DNA from: Rhodoluna sp.
GTDB taxonomy: Bacteria; Actinomycetota; Actinomycetes; Actinomycetales; Microbacteriaceae
Assembly: GCA_016462375.1 (NCBI GenBank)
Contig: JAEMTJ010000001.1
Coordinates: forward strand, 4,085-46,322
DNA length: 42,238 bases
Reading direction: 5' to 3'
Translations under genes and position numbers: made by a program
Shown: one piece after another, positions 18,617 to 29,540 of the stretch
Layout of the letters: every line of letters begins with the position of its first letter
Numbering within the stretch: position 1 is the stretch's first letter
Notes under the pieces: generated by a model
Database searches by the model: none
Told to the model about the DNA's origin: nothing
The model's input: the letters and a program-made list of their open reading frames with translations, nothing else

Positions 18617-19206
18617 GTGATTTCACCAAGAAGTATGAAGATGGTATGACTCGCTGTACGTGGCCAGGTCAAGATGCCCAATACATCGAGTATCACGATC
18701 AGGAGTGGGGTGTCCCCCGCTTTGGTGATGACGAGATGTTTGAACGGATTAGCCTTGAAGGTTTTCAAGCAGGACTCTCTTGGATAACTATCCTCAAGAG
18801 ACGCGAAGGCTTCAGAAAAGCCTTTAAAAACTTCGAAGTGAAGAAAATCGCTAAGCTCACAGAGCTAAATGTTGAGAAGCTGATGCTGAATGAGGGCATC
18901 ATTCGAAACAGAGCCAAGATTGTTAGCACCATCAAAAACGCCAACCTAGTTCTAGAGCTACAGAAACAAGGTGAGAGCATCAGTGACATTGTTTGGTCAT
19001 TTGCTCCCCCAGCAAATAAGAGAACAACTTCAACCAAGAACTTTGAATGGCGAGCAACCACTCCTGAATCAGACGCACTAAGTAAAGAGCTACGCAGACT
19101 TGGGTTTGGATTTGTTGGATCCACAACCATGTACGCATTGATGCAGGCAACCGGTCTTGTAAACGATCATGCCCCCGGCTGTTTTAGAAGGAAAGAACTT
19201 AAATAA
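18613..19206 (+). CDS. tag: DNA-3-methyladenine glycosylase I
   Basis: RCTW, YHDQEWG, LEGFQAGLSW, IIRNRAKI, GFGFVG and NDHAPGC; ATGA overlap with ogt. Confidence 0.96.
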   Translation: MSDFTKKYEDGMTRCTWPGQDAQYIEYHDQEWGVPRFGDDEMFERISLEGFQAGLSWITILKRREGFRKAFKNFEVKKIAKLTELNVEKLMLNEGIIRNRAKIVSTIKNANLVLELQKQGESISDIVWSFAPPANKRTTSTKNFEWRATTPESDALSKELRRLGFGFVGSTTMYALMQATGLVNDHAPGCFRRKELK

Positions 19207-19512
19207 TTAGGAGTCTTTGAACTGCCGATAAACAGCGACGCCAACATCAAATATCCCAATGGCAAAAGCTGCAGGTAACCAATAAACCCAAGTGAAGTTA
19301 GAAATTGCCAGAGACATTTCACAAAGTTGATAAATCCAGTCACGAGTGATTGTGTATTGAAAAGTCCACTCGTCATAGGTTTGGTTAATGGCAGAAAGAG
19401 TGAAAGCAAAAGTGAAATACCCAAGAATTGGAACACTTCCAAGGAAAATTCCTATGATTCTTAGGATTAGCCTTATTCTGTCAAACCAAGTTTTCTTTGG
19501 AGGTTCAATCAT
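19207..19512 (-). CDS. Hypothetical small membrane protein (2 predicted TM helices)
   Basis: 101-aa ORF that fills the gap between yaaA and tag; ATG 6 bp after the yaaA stop; two hydrophobic segments. Confidence 0.65.
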   Translation of the reverse strand: MIEPPKKTWFDRIRLILRIIGIFLGSVPILGYFTFAFTLSAINQTYDEWTFQYTITRDWIYQLCEMSLAISNFTWVYWLPAAFAIGIFDVGVAVYRQFKDS

Positions 19513-19518
19513 TTTCCG

Positions 19519-20283
19519 CTACTTCCCCCGAATAACTTCACTGGTGATGAGATAGATTATTTTGCCCTCTACCTCTAAACCAAGATTAGCCTTCTTTGCA
19601 ATTACCTTGAGCTGAGTCACGGTTTTCGGAGCATTCTTAGCTCTAACGAACTCTCCCACAAATTCTCCCTTGGCTGTTTTGTTGAAATGGTTCAAGGCTT
19701 TGCGCTGCCCCCGCTTGTCAATGGCAACTACCTCTACCCAGTATGAATCTATTCCCTCTGGGATTGGAGCTAAGTCAACGTATGCCTTGGAACGCAGATC
19801 AATTATCGGAATATCCACCAACCTTACCCAAGCTGCATCTTGGTGCTCTCTCCAAATCTTCTTGATATTCACTTTGGGTAATACAGTTCCGGCGGAGAGC
19901 CTATACCAGGGAATTCGGTCTGTAGCAGATATCAAACCGAATAAAGCGCTCTGCATTAGGACATGCTTACGCATCTGGTCTATTTCGTGACTGGTAAAAC
20001 TAGCAGTCTTGATTGCCTTGTATAAGGTTCCTTCGTAGCGTTCAAAGGCGGGCATAGTCGGGGCTGATTTGATGCTCAAGTTGAGATCAATCTCCCCAAG
20101 TTGTTTAGGACTTAGTTTTAGAGCTTTTGCAGCCTTAGGTTCACTCTTACAAAGCTTCAAGAGGTCTTCTAGAACCAAGTCTCTGGCCTCATTTAGTTGC
20201 CCATAGCTGAGGTGCACCTGGCCGATGGTCAGGTTAGTTCCACCTTGACGCTTAGTTTCACTGGGAGGTAACAATAACAACAC
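19519..20283 (-). CDS. yaaA: Peroxide stress protein YaaA family
   Basis: Motifs LLLLPPSETK, PAFERYEGTLY, SALFGL, YRLS, DLRS and HFNKTAKG. Confidence 0.88.
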   Translation of the reverse strand: MLLLLPPSETKRQGGTNLTIGQVHLSYGQLNEARDLVLEDLLKLCKSEPKAAKALKLSPKQLGEIDLNLSIKSAPTMPAFERYEGTLYKAIKTASFTSHEIDQMRKHVLMQSALFGLISATDRIPWYRLSAGTVLPKVNIKKIWREHQDAAWVRLVDIPIIDLRSKAYVDLAPIPEGIDSYWVEVVAIDKRGQRKALNHFNKTAKGEFVGEFVRAKNAPKTVTQLKVIAKKANLGLEVEGKIIYLITSEVIRGK

Positions 20284-20305
20284 CAGATAAGCCTAAACTT
20301 GTCTA
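20284..20305. promoter_or_regulatory. Bidirectional promoter with overlapping -10 boxes for two leaderless genes
   Basis: TAAACT (+, 20294-20299) and TAGGCT (-, 20295-20290), each exactly 6 nt before its start codon; no SD on either side. Confidence 0.7.
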
Positions 20306-20953
20306 ATGGTAAAACTTACGAAGATATACACAAGAACCGGCGATGAGGGTCTCACTGGCCTCAGCGACTTTAGTAGAGTCCGCAAGACCGACCCGCGCAT
20401 TGAGGCTTATGCCGATGTTGACGAGGCAAACTCAGCTCTCGGTGTCGCTATTTCCCTTGCCCAAAATGAATTTGATGAAGAGACCCTAAATATGCTCGCT
20501 CAGATTCAGAATGACCTATTCGACCTTGGTGCAGACCTATCTAACCCTTTGAATGAGCACTATGAGTATGAGCCTTTACGAGTAGATGCGATCTGGATAG
20601 ACGCCCTTGAGCAGTCAATTGACAAATACAACTCTCAACTAGGAAAACTTGACTCTTTTATCCTGCCTGGTGGCTCAGGACTTGCAGCAGGGCTGCACCT
20701 TGCTAGAACTGTTGTTAGAAGAGCAGAGCGAGCAACCTGGCACGCCATCGAAGAATATGGAACTGAGCCAGCTAAGAAGGGCCACCCGAACGGTGGCGTT
20801 AGCCTGTTAGCGGTTAAGTACCTCAACCGCCTAAGCGACCTACTATTCGTGCTTGCGCGCTTTGCAAACATTAAGCACGGTGGCGATGTTAAGTGGGTTC
20901 CAGCTGCAAACCGCAGAGAAGCGCCGGCAAAGCGCAGACCTGAACAGGATTAA
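20306..20953 (+). CDS. PduO-type ATP:cob(I)alamin adenosyltransferase
   Basis: KIYTRTGDEGLT, DEANSALG, QNDLFDLGADL, FILPGG, RTVVRRAER and YLNRLSDLLF; convergent on atpC, a common actinobacterial arrangement. Confidence 0.95.
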   Translation: MVKLTKIYTRTGDEGLTGLSDFSRVRKTDPRIEAYADVDEANSALGVAISLAQNEFDEETLNMLAQIQNDLFDLGADLSNPLNEHYEYEPLRVDAIWIDALEQSIDKYNSQLGKLDSFILPGGSGLAAGLHLARTVVRRAERATWHAIEEYGTEPAKKGHPNGGVSLLAVKYLNRLSDLLFVLARFANIKHGGDVKWVPAANRREAPAKRRPEQD

Positions 20954-20956
20954 ACG

Positions 20957-20986
20957 AATAAGCCCCGAGATTTCTCGGGGCTTATT
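20957..20986. terminator. Bidirectional terminator between the adenosyltransferase gene and the atp operon
   Basis: Perfect 14-bp inverted repeat AATAAGCCCCGAGA / TCTCGGGGCTTATT between convergent stop codons. Confidence 0.88.
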
Positions 20987-20997
20987 ACTTTAAGTTC

Positions 20998-21264
20998 TTA
21001 GGCTAATTGTGCTTGACCGGCAAAGATGGTGACCACATCGTGCTCAACAGATATAAAACCATCAGCAGCTGTTGCCTTGATGGATTCTCCTGTTGGCAAA
21101 GTAATACGGACTTCACCTGAACCTAGAATTGCCAGCATTGGTTCGTGACCGGCTAGTAAACCAATCTCTCCCTCAACGGTCTTAGCAACAACCATCTTGG
21201 CGTCTCCCGACCAGACCGAACGATCGGCAGCTACCAGCTCAACTCTTAGGTTCTTTTCACTCAT
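20998..21264 (-). CDS. atpC: F0F1 ATP synthase subunit epsilon (short actinobacterial form)
   Basis: Start moved to the ATG at 21264 (MSEKNLRVELV); motifs GEIGLLAGHEP and GFISV. Confidence 0.93.
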   Translation of the reverse strand: MSEKNLRVELVAADRSVWSGDAKMVVAKTVEGEIGLLAGHEPMLAILGSGEVRITLPTGESIKATAADGFISVEHDVVTIFAGQAQLA

Positions 21265-21266
21265 GA

Positions 21267-22718
<1,452 letters not shown>

Positions 22719-23627
22719 CTATTCTTTGTCGCTGGTGTCGACAAGAGCGTCGGCACCACCAACGATTTCGGAGATCTGCTGGGTAATTTCAGATTGGCGA
22801 GCTGAGTTCGACAATCTGGTGTAGTTCTTGATTAACTTGTCAGCGTTTTCAGTAGCTGACTTCATTGCTTTCTGTCTTGCTGCGTGCTCTGCTGCAGCTG
22901 ACTGCAACATTGCGTTGAAAATACGTGATTCGATGTATACCGGCAACAGCGCATCTAGCACCTTGCTGGCATCAGGCTCAAATTCATACAACGGGAATAC
23001 TTCATTAGCCTCAGGCTTAGAAACACCTTCAACAATTTCCAAAGGCAACAAGCGAACAACCTGAGGTTCCTGGCTGATCATCGAAACAAACTTGTTGTAT
23101 ACCAAGTGAATCTCGTCAACTCCGCCATCTTCGTAACCTAGGTTGAAGGCATTAACAACAGCTTCAGCGATTTCCTGAGCGGTAGTGAATACAGGAAGGT
23201 CTGTGCCACCGGTCCAAGATCTAATTGCTGCGCGCTTACGGAATGAGAAGAAACCAACAGACTTACGTCCAACTAGGTAGTAAGAAACATCTTTACCCTG
23301 CTCACGAAGCAACTGAGTTAGCTGCTCTGATTCCTTCATAACGTTGGATGAGAAAGCACCAGCAAGCCCACGGTCACTTGTGAAGATAACCACAGCACTT
23401 CTACGAATCTCTTTTGGTTCTGTGGTTAGCGGGTGATCGATGTTAGAAAAGGTTGCAACGGCGGAAACAGCGCGAGTAATCGCACGTGAATAAGGGTTAG
23501 CTGCTGCCAAACGCTGTTGTGCCTTGTAAATGCGTGAGGCAGAGATTAACTCCATTGCACGAGTGATCTTCTTGGTCGTCTGGGCAGATTTAATCTTCTG
23601 CCTATAGACCCGAAGTTGCGCTCCCAT
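22719..23627 (-). CDS. atpG: F0F1 ATP synthase subunit gamma
   Basis: [18 protein letters not shown] and [16 protein letters not shown]. Confidence 0.98.
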   Translation of the reverse strand: MGAQLRVYRQKIKSAQTTKKITRAMELISASRIYKAQQRLAAANPYSRAITRAVSAVATFSNIDHPLTTEPKEIRRSAVVIFTSDRGLAGAFSSNVMKESEQLTQLLREQGKDVSYYLVGRKSVGFFSFRKRAAIRSWTGGTDLPVFTTAQEIAEAVVNAFNLGYEDGGVDEIHLVYNKFVSMISQEPQVVRLLPLEIVEGVSKPEANEVFPLYEFEPDASKVLDALLPVYIESRIFNAMLQSAAAEHAARQKAMKSATENADKLIKNYTRLSNSARQSEITQQISEIVGGADALVDTSDKE

Positions 23628-23658
23628 TGCTTTTCCTTTACCTAATCTTCAGTAACGC

Positions 23659-25296
23659 TTAGCGCTTCTGCTTAACAATCTGCTCTTGGTCAACTTCTTC
23701 TTCAGCGATAGCCGCAACAGACTCGTTGCCAACTGAAGCTAGCGGCTTACCAACACCGGTTAGGAAGCTCTTCTTGAACTTCAAAACATCAGCCTCAAGA
23801 GCTGAAACAGTGTCGTCCTTTAGGTCGTTGGTCTCACGAATGGTGGTTAGCACCTGTGAGTTACGACGAAGGTAGTCAAGCAGTTCGCTTTCGAAACGAA
23901 GCACGTCTTCAACAGGAACTTCATCTAGCTTGCCGGTAGTTCCTGCCCAGATAGAAACTGTTTGTTCTTCAACTGGGTATGGAGAATACTGCGGTTGCTT
24001 TAGAAGCTGCATTAGACGAGCACCGCGAGCAAGTTGCTGACGAGATGCAGCATCTAGGTCGCTTGCGAACATTGCAAAAGCTTCAAGTGAACGGTACTGA
24101 GCAAGCTCAAGCTTTAACGTTCCAGAAACCTTCTTGATGCCCTTAACCTGAGCAGCTCCGCCAACACGAGAAACAGAGATACCAACATCAATAGCAGGTC
24201 TCTGGTTAGCGTTGAATAAGTCTGACTGCAAGAAGATCTGACCATCGGTAATCGAGATTACGTTGGTCGGAATGTATGCAGAAACGTCGTTAGCTTTGGT
24301 TTCAATGATTGGAAGTCCAGTCATGGAACCAGCACCAAGTTCGTCGTTCAACTTTGCACAACGCTCAAGTAGACGTGAGTGTAAGTAGAAAACGTCACCT
24401 GGATATGCTTCACGGCCTGGCGGACGACGAAGTAGCAGTGAGATCGAACGGTAAGCCTCAGCCTGCTTTGATAAATCATCAAAAATGATTAGGACGTGCT
24501 TGCCGTCATACATCCAGTGCTGACCAATTGCAGAACCGGTGTATGGAGCTAAGTACTTGAAACCAGCTGGGTCTGAGGCAGGAGAAGCCACGATAGTGGT
24601 GTATTCCATAGCTCCAGCAGCTTCCAGAGCACCCTTCACCGCAGCAATGGTTGAACCCTTTTGACCAACAGCAACATAAATACAACGAACCTGCTTCTTT
24701 GTGTCGCCTGATTCCCAGTTAGCCTTCTGGTTGATGATGGTGTCGATAGCAATAGCGGTCTTACCGGTCTGACGGTCTCCAATGATCAGCTGACGCTGTC
24801 CTCGACCAACAGGAATCATCGCGTCAATCGCCTTGATACCAGTTTGCAGCGGCTCGTGAACTGATTTACGGGCCATAACGCCGGGAGCCTGAAGTTCAAG
24901 TGCGCGACGAGCAGTGGTCTTTATTTCACCCTTGCCATCGATTGGCGCACCTACTGGGTTAACAACACGCCCAAGGAACTCATCGCCAACAGGAACTGAA
25001 AGGATCTCGCCAGTGCGCTCTACCTTCATACCCTCAACGATTTGACCGAACTCACCAAGGATGATGACACCGATCTCACGCTCATCTAGGTTCTGAGCTA
25101 GGCCCAGAGTGCCATCTTCGAACTTGAGCAGCTCGTTAGCCATAACGCTGGGAAGACCTTCAACGTGAGCGATACCGTCACCGGCATCGATGACGTGACC
25201 GATTTCGGTGCGACTAGCCTGAGTCGGCTCGTAGGACTTAGCAAAGTCCTTTAGCGCATCACGAATCTCATCCGGACTGATACTTAGATCTGCCAT
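23659..25296 (-). CDS. atpA: F0F1 ATP synthase subunit alpha
   Basis: GDRQTGKT and [21 protein letters not shown]. Confidence 0.99.
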   Translation of the reverse strand: MADLSISPDEIRDALKDFAKSYEPTQASRTEIGHVIDAGDGIAHVEGLPSVMANELLKFEDGTLGLAQNLDEREIGVIILGEFGQIVEGMKVERTGEILSVPVGDEFLGRVVNPVGAPIDGKGEIKTTARRALELQAPGVMARKSVHEPLQTGIKAIDAMIPVGRGQRQLIIGDRQTGKTAIAIDTIINQKANWESGDTKKQVRCIYVAVGQKGSTIAAVKGALEAAGAMEYTTIVASPASDPAGFKYLAPYTGSAIGQHWMYDGKHVLIIFDDLSKQAEAYRSISLLLRRPPGREAYPGDVFYLHSRLLERCAKLNDELGAGSMTGLPIIETKANDVSAYIPTNVISITDGQIFLQSDLFNANQRPAIDVGISVSRVGGAAQVKGIKKVSGTLKLELAQYRSLEAFAMFASDLDAASRQQLARGARLMQLLKQPQYSPYPVEEQTVSIWAGTTGKLDEVPVEDVLRFESELLDYLRRNSQVLTTIRETNDLKDDTVSALEADVLKFKKSFLTGVGKPLASVGNESVAAIAEEEVDQEQIVKQKR

Positions 25297-25320
25297 CTTG
25301 TTCCCTCTACTTCTGAAGCG

Positions 25321-26148
25321 TTAGCTTCGGTTAACACTTGCAGCGGCGGAAGCCAACTGCAGTTTTAGGTTTTGCAGACGGTTACTTACGCTTCCGTCGA
25401 TTATCTCGCCAGCAATCTGAACAACCATTCCACCGATGATTGAAGAATCAACCTCGACGTTCAAGCGGATCTGCTGACCATAAGTTTTTGCCAGTGATGA
25501 GCGAAGTCGCTCAATCTGGTTTTGATCTAGTACTGATGAAACTGTTACCGTTGCAACCAATGATTCGCCGTAAGCAGCAATCTGCTTACCAAACTGATCA
25601 AGAACTGTTGCAATTCGACGGCCGCGCGCAGAGCCAACAGCCTGACTGATGATTGCCTTGGTAACTGCATGGACCTTGCCGCCAACTAGCGCATCAACCA
25701 AAGCAATTTTTACGTTGTTCGGTGCACTTTTGTTGCTCAAGGCAAACTGCAGTTCGCGGTTTGAAGCAACTACCTGCTGAAAAGCAAATAGTTCGCTCTG
25801 GACCTGATCCAACACAGCTATCTTCGATGCTGTTGCAGCCGCAGAGTGAACACCTAGTTGCTCAAGAACAACAACTAGGTCAATGCCTCTCGAGTAACGC
25901 TTAGCAACAACTAACTTCACGAACTCGACTGCGCTTAAAGAAACCTTGCCGCCAAAGACTCGGTCAATTAGACCGTCCTTAGTTGCACTCTCAGTGGAAG
26001 GATCCGAGAGAATGCCGCGCAATTGAGCAGAGCTCGAGATTGCGTCAGCTGCGACAAATAAATCAGTTGCAAAGGCAAGCTCTGAGCCAAGGTAGGCGGA
26101 AATCTCTGCCTTCGCCTGGGCTAGCGCTTGTCGAGTGGAAGAAGCCAT
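25321..26148 (-). CDS. atpH: F0F1 ATP synthase subunit delta
   Basis: Long actinobacterial delta subunit; C-terminal VDSSIIGGMVVQIAGEIIDGSV; operon position. Confidence 0.95.
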   Translation of the reverse strand: MASSTRQALAQAKAEISAYLGSELAFATDLFVAADAISSSAQLRGILSDPSTESATKDGLIDRVFGGKVSLSAVEFVKLVVAKRYSRGIDLVVVLEQLGVHSAAATASKIAVLDQVQSELFAFQQVVASNRELQFALSNKSAPNNVKIALVDALVGGKVHAVTKAIISQAVGSARGRRIATVLDQFGKQIAAYGESLVATVTVSSVLDQNQIERLRSSLAKTYGQQIRLNVEVDSSIIGGMVVQIAGEIIDGSVSNRLQNLKLQLASAAASVNRS

Positions 26149-26154
26149 TATTAC

Positions 26155-26697
26155 TTACTTGCCTTCTTTTTCTAGATCTGCCAAGAAGCCGTCAACAATT
26201 GCTGAGGCACTCTTGTCTTCTTTTAGGTTGTTCTTAACGACACTTGAAGCTAGCTCAAGCGCTAAACTGCCGACCTCTGCGCGCAGAGCAATCACAGCGG
26301 ACTGAGTGTCTGCCTCGATTTGCTTCTTTGCGGTTTCAATCATGCGTTCAGCATTTAACCTTGCTGCTTCAGTAATCTCAACCGATACCTGAGCAGCTTC
26401 GGCACGAGCAGCGTTGATAATCTCCGCGCGCTCCTGTCTTGATGCTGCTTGATCAGCTTCGATGTTTGCAGTCTTTGCTGCCGCTTCAGCTTGAGCCTTT
26501 TCAGCCAGAGCTAAGCGACCTTCGATCGCTTCGGTTCTAGCATCAATGTTCTTTTTGAAGTTAGGTAGCACCTTGAACCAGAAGAAGACCAGCAGAATCG
26601 CGAAAACAACAGCAGACCAAACAAGGTCAGCAGTCGCAGGCACCAGCGGGTTTGCAGCCGCTGAAGTGCGCATAATTTCGTGAATAACTGGAGTCAT
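26155..26697 (-). CDS. atpF: F0F1 ATP synthase subunit b
   Basis: NPLVP, one TM helix and a long Ala/Glu coiled coil; operon position. Confidence 0.95.
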   Translation of the reverse strand: MTPVIHEIMRTSAAANPLVPATADLVWSAVVFAILLVFFWFKVLPNFKKNIDARTEAIEGRLALAEKAQAEAAAKTANIEADQAASRQERAEIINAARAEAAQVSVEITEAARLNAERMIETAKKQIEADTQSAVIALRAEVGSLALELASSVVKNNLKEDKSASAIVDGFLADLEKEGK

Positions 26698-26708
26698 TTA
26701 GTTAAGTC

Positions 26709-26990
<282 letters not shown>

Positions 26991-27016
26991 TTAGCGGTTG
27001 CTAACTCTTTTGTTTC

Positions 27017-27859
27017 TTAGTGTTCATCCGCTAACGACAGCTGAATGTAAACAGTCGTTAGCAGTGTGAAGACGTAGGCCTGCAGGAATGCCACCAACAT
27101 CTCAAAGAGTGTGAAGACAAACCCGAAGGTAAAGGTTCCAACACCGAAGGTCTTGAAGATACCCTCCGAGTTGAAAAAGAAATACTGTGTTGCGCTAAAA
27201 CATAGTACTAAGAGCAAGTGACCAGCAATCATGTTCATCATTAGACGAAGAGCAAGTGTTACTGGACGAAGAATAAAGGTTGAAAGGAACTCGATAGGAG
27301 TTACCAAGATATAGAAAGGCGCTGGAACACCGGCCGGGAATAGCGCATTCTTGAAGAAGCGCAGGCCGTGTTTTCTAACACCTGCATAAATAAAAGTCAC
27401 ATAGGCAGCTAAGGCCAAGATCAAGGGCAACCCGATAACTGAGGTTCCAGCGATGTTTAGACCCGGGATGATTCCTGTGATGTTCATACCTAGAACAATG
27501 AAGAAAATTGTTGTTAGCAGTGGCAGGAATCTGTCACCATCTTTTTCACCAAGTTGCTCATGCGCAATTGACTTCCGGACGAAGTTTAGAGACATTTCAC
27601 CGAACATTTGGAAACGACCTGGCACGAACTGCCCAGTTTGAGTGCTCTTACGGAAACGGTTTGACCACAGCCAGAAAACTAGAATCAACAAGCCAGTGAC
27701 CAAAAGACGGATCAACATGATTCGGTTTAGCTCCAACGGAGTGCCGCCAAATGCAACAACTTCAGGGTAAAACTCATTAATAGTCGGCGCTTCGAAGCCG
27801 CCTTCGCCTTCGGCGACCGGCTTCAGAACTGCACTAAGCAGTGTGAGCGTAGATAACAA
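27017..27859 (-). CDS. atpB: F0F1 ATP synthase subunit a
   Basis: RPVTLALRL..NMIAGH and LQAYVFTLL; non-ATG start (TTG 27859 or CTG 27862) after AGGAG. Confidence 0.96.
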   Translation of the reverse strand: MLSTLTLLSAVLKPVAEGEGGFEAPTINEFYPEVVAFGGTPLELNRIMLIRLLVTGLLILVFWLWSNRFRKSTQTGQFVPGRFQMFGEMSLNFVRKSIAHEQLGEKDGDRFLPLLTTIFFIVLGMNITGIIPGLNIAGTSVIGLPLILALAAYVTFIYAGVRKHGLRFFKNALFPAGVPAPFYILVTPIEFLSTFILRPVTLALRLMMNMIAGHLLLVLCFSATQYFFFNSEGIFKTFGVGTFTFGFVFTLFEMLVAFLQAYVFTLLTTVYIQLSLADEH

Positions 27860-28009
27860 CAGCTTTTACTCCTGTTTCGGGGCAGGGCATAACCTAACCT
27901 TGCGGCGATTTACAGTGCTTTACGCTGCGACATAAGTGCAAGCGCTCTCTAAATGTTATCAGGAACTAGCAGGGGGAAAACGCCATCCAGCACCATATTT
28001 ATTGAAAAG

Positions 28010-28429
28010 TTAAGGCTTGTCCAAGGTCGCCGTGAGCCTAGCCTTAGAAACAATCAGGGTATCGATAACCAATCCCCCGATGACCGCTGAAACAACCGTA
28101 AAAAACACTATTGGCCTGGAGTCACGAGTCAGCCAATCGGACTTGTTGAGGAAGCTAAAACCAATCAGAAACAGGACCATTTTGATCAGCCAGCCACCCA
28201 GAACGGCACCTAAGAACCCAGCCAGATTGAGCTTTGAGCCAATTAGGACACTTAGTGCAGTTAGCGCTGTGAATAGGAAGGCTGCTCCTGAGCCGATCAG
28301 TGCCGCATAGACACCTGGTAAGCCGGTCAACAAGTACCCAACCAAAGAGCCCACTATGCCGATAGCCGCAACTAAGGCAGCGCCAAGGCGCAGGACTCGG
28401 CCAATTACTGTTCCGAGACTGTCAAACAT
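28010..28429 (-). CDS. ATP synthase protein I-like membrane protein
   Basis: Four hydrophobic helices and GGWLIKMV; lies directly upstream of atpB. Confidence 0.7.
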   Translation of the reverse strand: MFDSLGTVIGRVLRLGAALVAAIGIVGSLVGYLLTGLPGVYAALIGSGAAFLFTALTALSVLIGSKLNLAGFLGAVLGGWLIKMVLFLIGFSFLNKSDWLTRDSRPIVFFTVVSAVIGGLVIDTLIVSKARLTATLDKP

Positions 28430-29540
28430 TGAGTGCCTTCCTTCGCTTACTGAATTTGATGACCGCAGGCCAAGCTGTGAATGTCAGCGAGGCTGATATT
28501 GAGAGCAGAGCGAACAAGATAACCCAGCCCAGATCGGTTAGAAACAAGAGCAGACAGCTTACTGATACTGAAATAGACCAGAAGTAAAAAACAAGGACGG
28601 AGCCTAAATGACTGTGACCAAAGTCCTGAAGTCTGTGGTGCAGGTGCTTTCGATCTGCAGCAAATGGAGATTTTCCTGCTGCCAGGCGTCTAACCACGGC
28701 AAGGGCAAAGTCCAACAAAGGCAGGATAAGGATCGAAATGGGGAGAATCAAAGGCAGCACTGCAGGTACTAAGTCGTCTCTGTTCAAAGCTGCTGGGTCA
28801 ATCTGGCCGGTAACTGTTAGCGCAGAGGTCGTCATCAAAAGACCTAAGAGCATAGCTCCCGAGTCTCCCATGAAGATTTTCGCAACATGCCAGTTATGGG
28901 GCAGGAATCCAGCACACATACCAATCACAATTGCGGAAAGCATGGTGGCTAGGTTGAAGTAGTTGGTAGGAGAAATTTGTTGAGCTAGCAAATAGGAATA
29001 TACAAAGAAAACTATCGTTCCAATCAGGACCACTCCAGCAACCAGACCATCTAAACCATCAATGAAGTTCACTGCATTCATGATTAGCACTGCGAGGAAC
29101 ACTGTGACCACGAATGATACGCCGAATGACCCGACTGTGAGCCCAAAGATCGGCAGTGAAACTATCTGCACTCCGTTCCAAGCTAGAACTCCAGCGGCTA
29201 GAAATTGACCTGCAAGCTTTAGTGTCCAGTCAAGATCGTAAAGATCATCAAGAAACCCGATGACCATAACAACTAGCGCTGCCGCCGCAATCGCAATAAT
29301 TGGTCCAGGGTCTGCAAAAACAACATCAAACCATCCAATAGGAGCTGCAATTGCAAGGGAAACCAAAAAACCCAAGAACATTGCGATTCCACCGATTCGC
29401 GGAGTTGGTGTGCTGTGGCTGTCTCTTGAGCGAATATCTTTCGGATAAATCTCATATTTCACTGCTGCACGACAAACTAGATATGTGGCGAGGTACGTTA
29501 CGACAAAGGCGATTCCCATCAAAAGCAAATATGCGCGCAC
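28422..29540 (-). CDS. wecA: Polyprenyl-phosphate GlcNAc-1-phosphate transferase (WecA/Rfe/TagO, MraY family)
   Basis: PTPRIGG, GFLDD, NAVNFIDGLDGL, FMGDSG and HLHHRL; conserved position after the Sua5 gene. Confidence 0.88.
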   Translation of the reverse strand: MRAYLLLMGIAFVVTYLATYLVCRAAVKYEIYPKDIRSRDSHSTPTPRIGGIAMFLGFLVSLAIAAPIGWFDVVFADPGPIIAIAAAALVVMVIGFLDDLYDLDWTLKLAGQFLAAGVLAWNGVQIVSLPIFGLTVGSFGVSFVVTVFLAVLIMNAVNFIDGLDGLVAGVVLIGTIVFFVYSYLLAQQISPTNYFNLATMLSAIVIGMCAGFLPHNWHVAKIFMGDSGAMLLGLLMTTSALTVTGQIDPAALNRDDLVPAVLPLILPISILILPLLDFALAVVRRLAAGKSPFAADRKHLHHRLQDFGHSHLGSVLVFYFWSISVSVSCLLLFLTDLGWVILFALLSISASLTFTAWPAVIKFSKRRKALNV

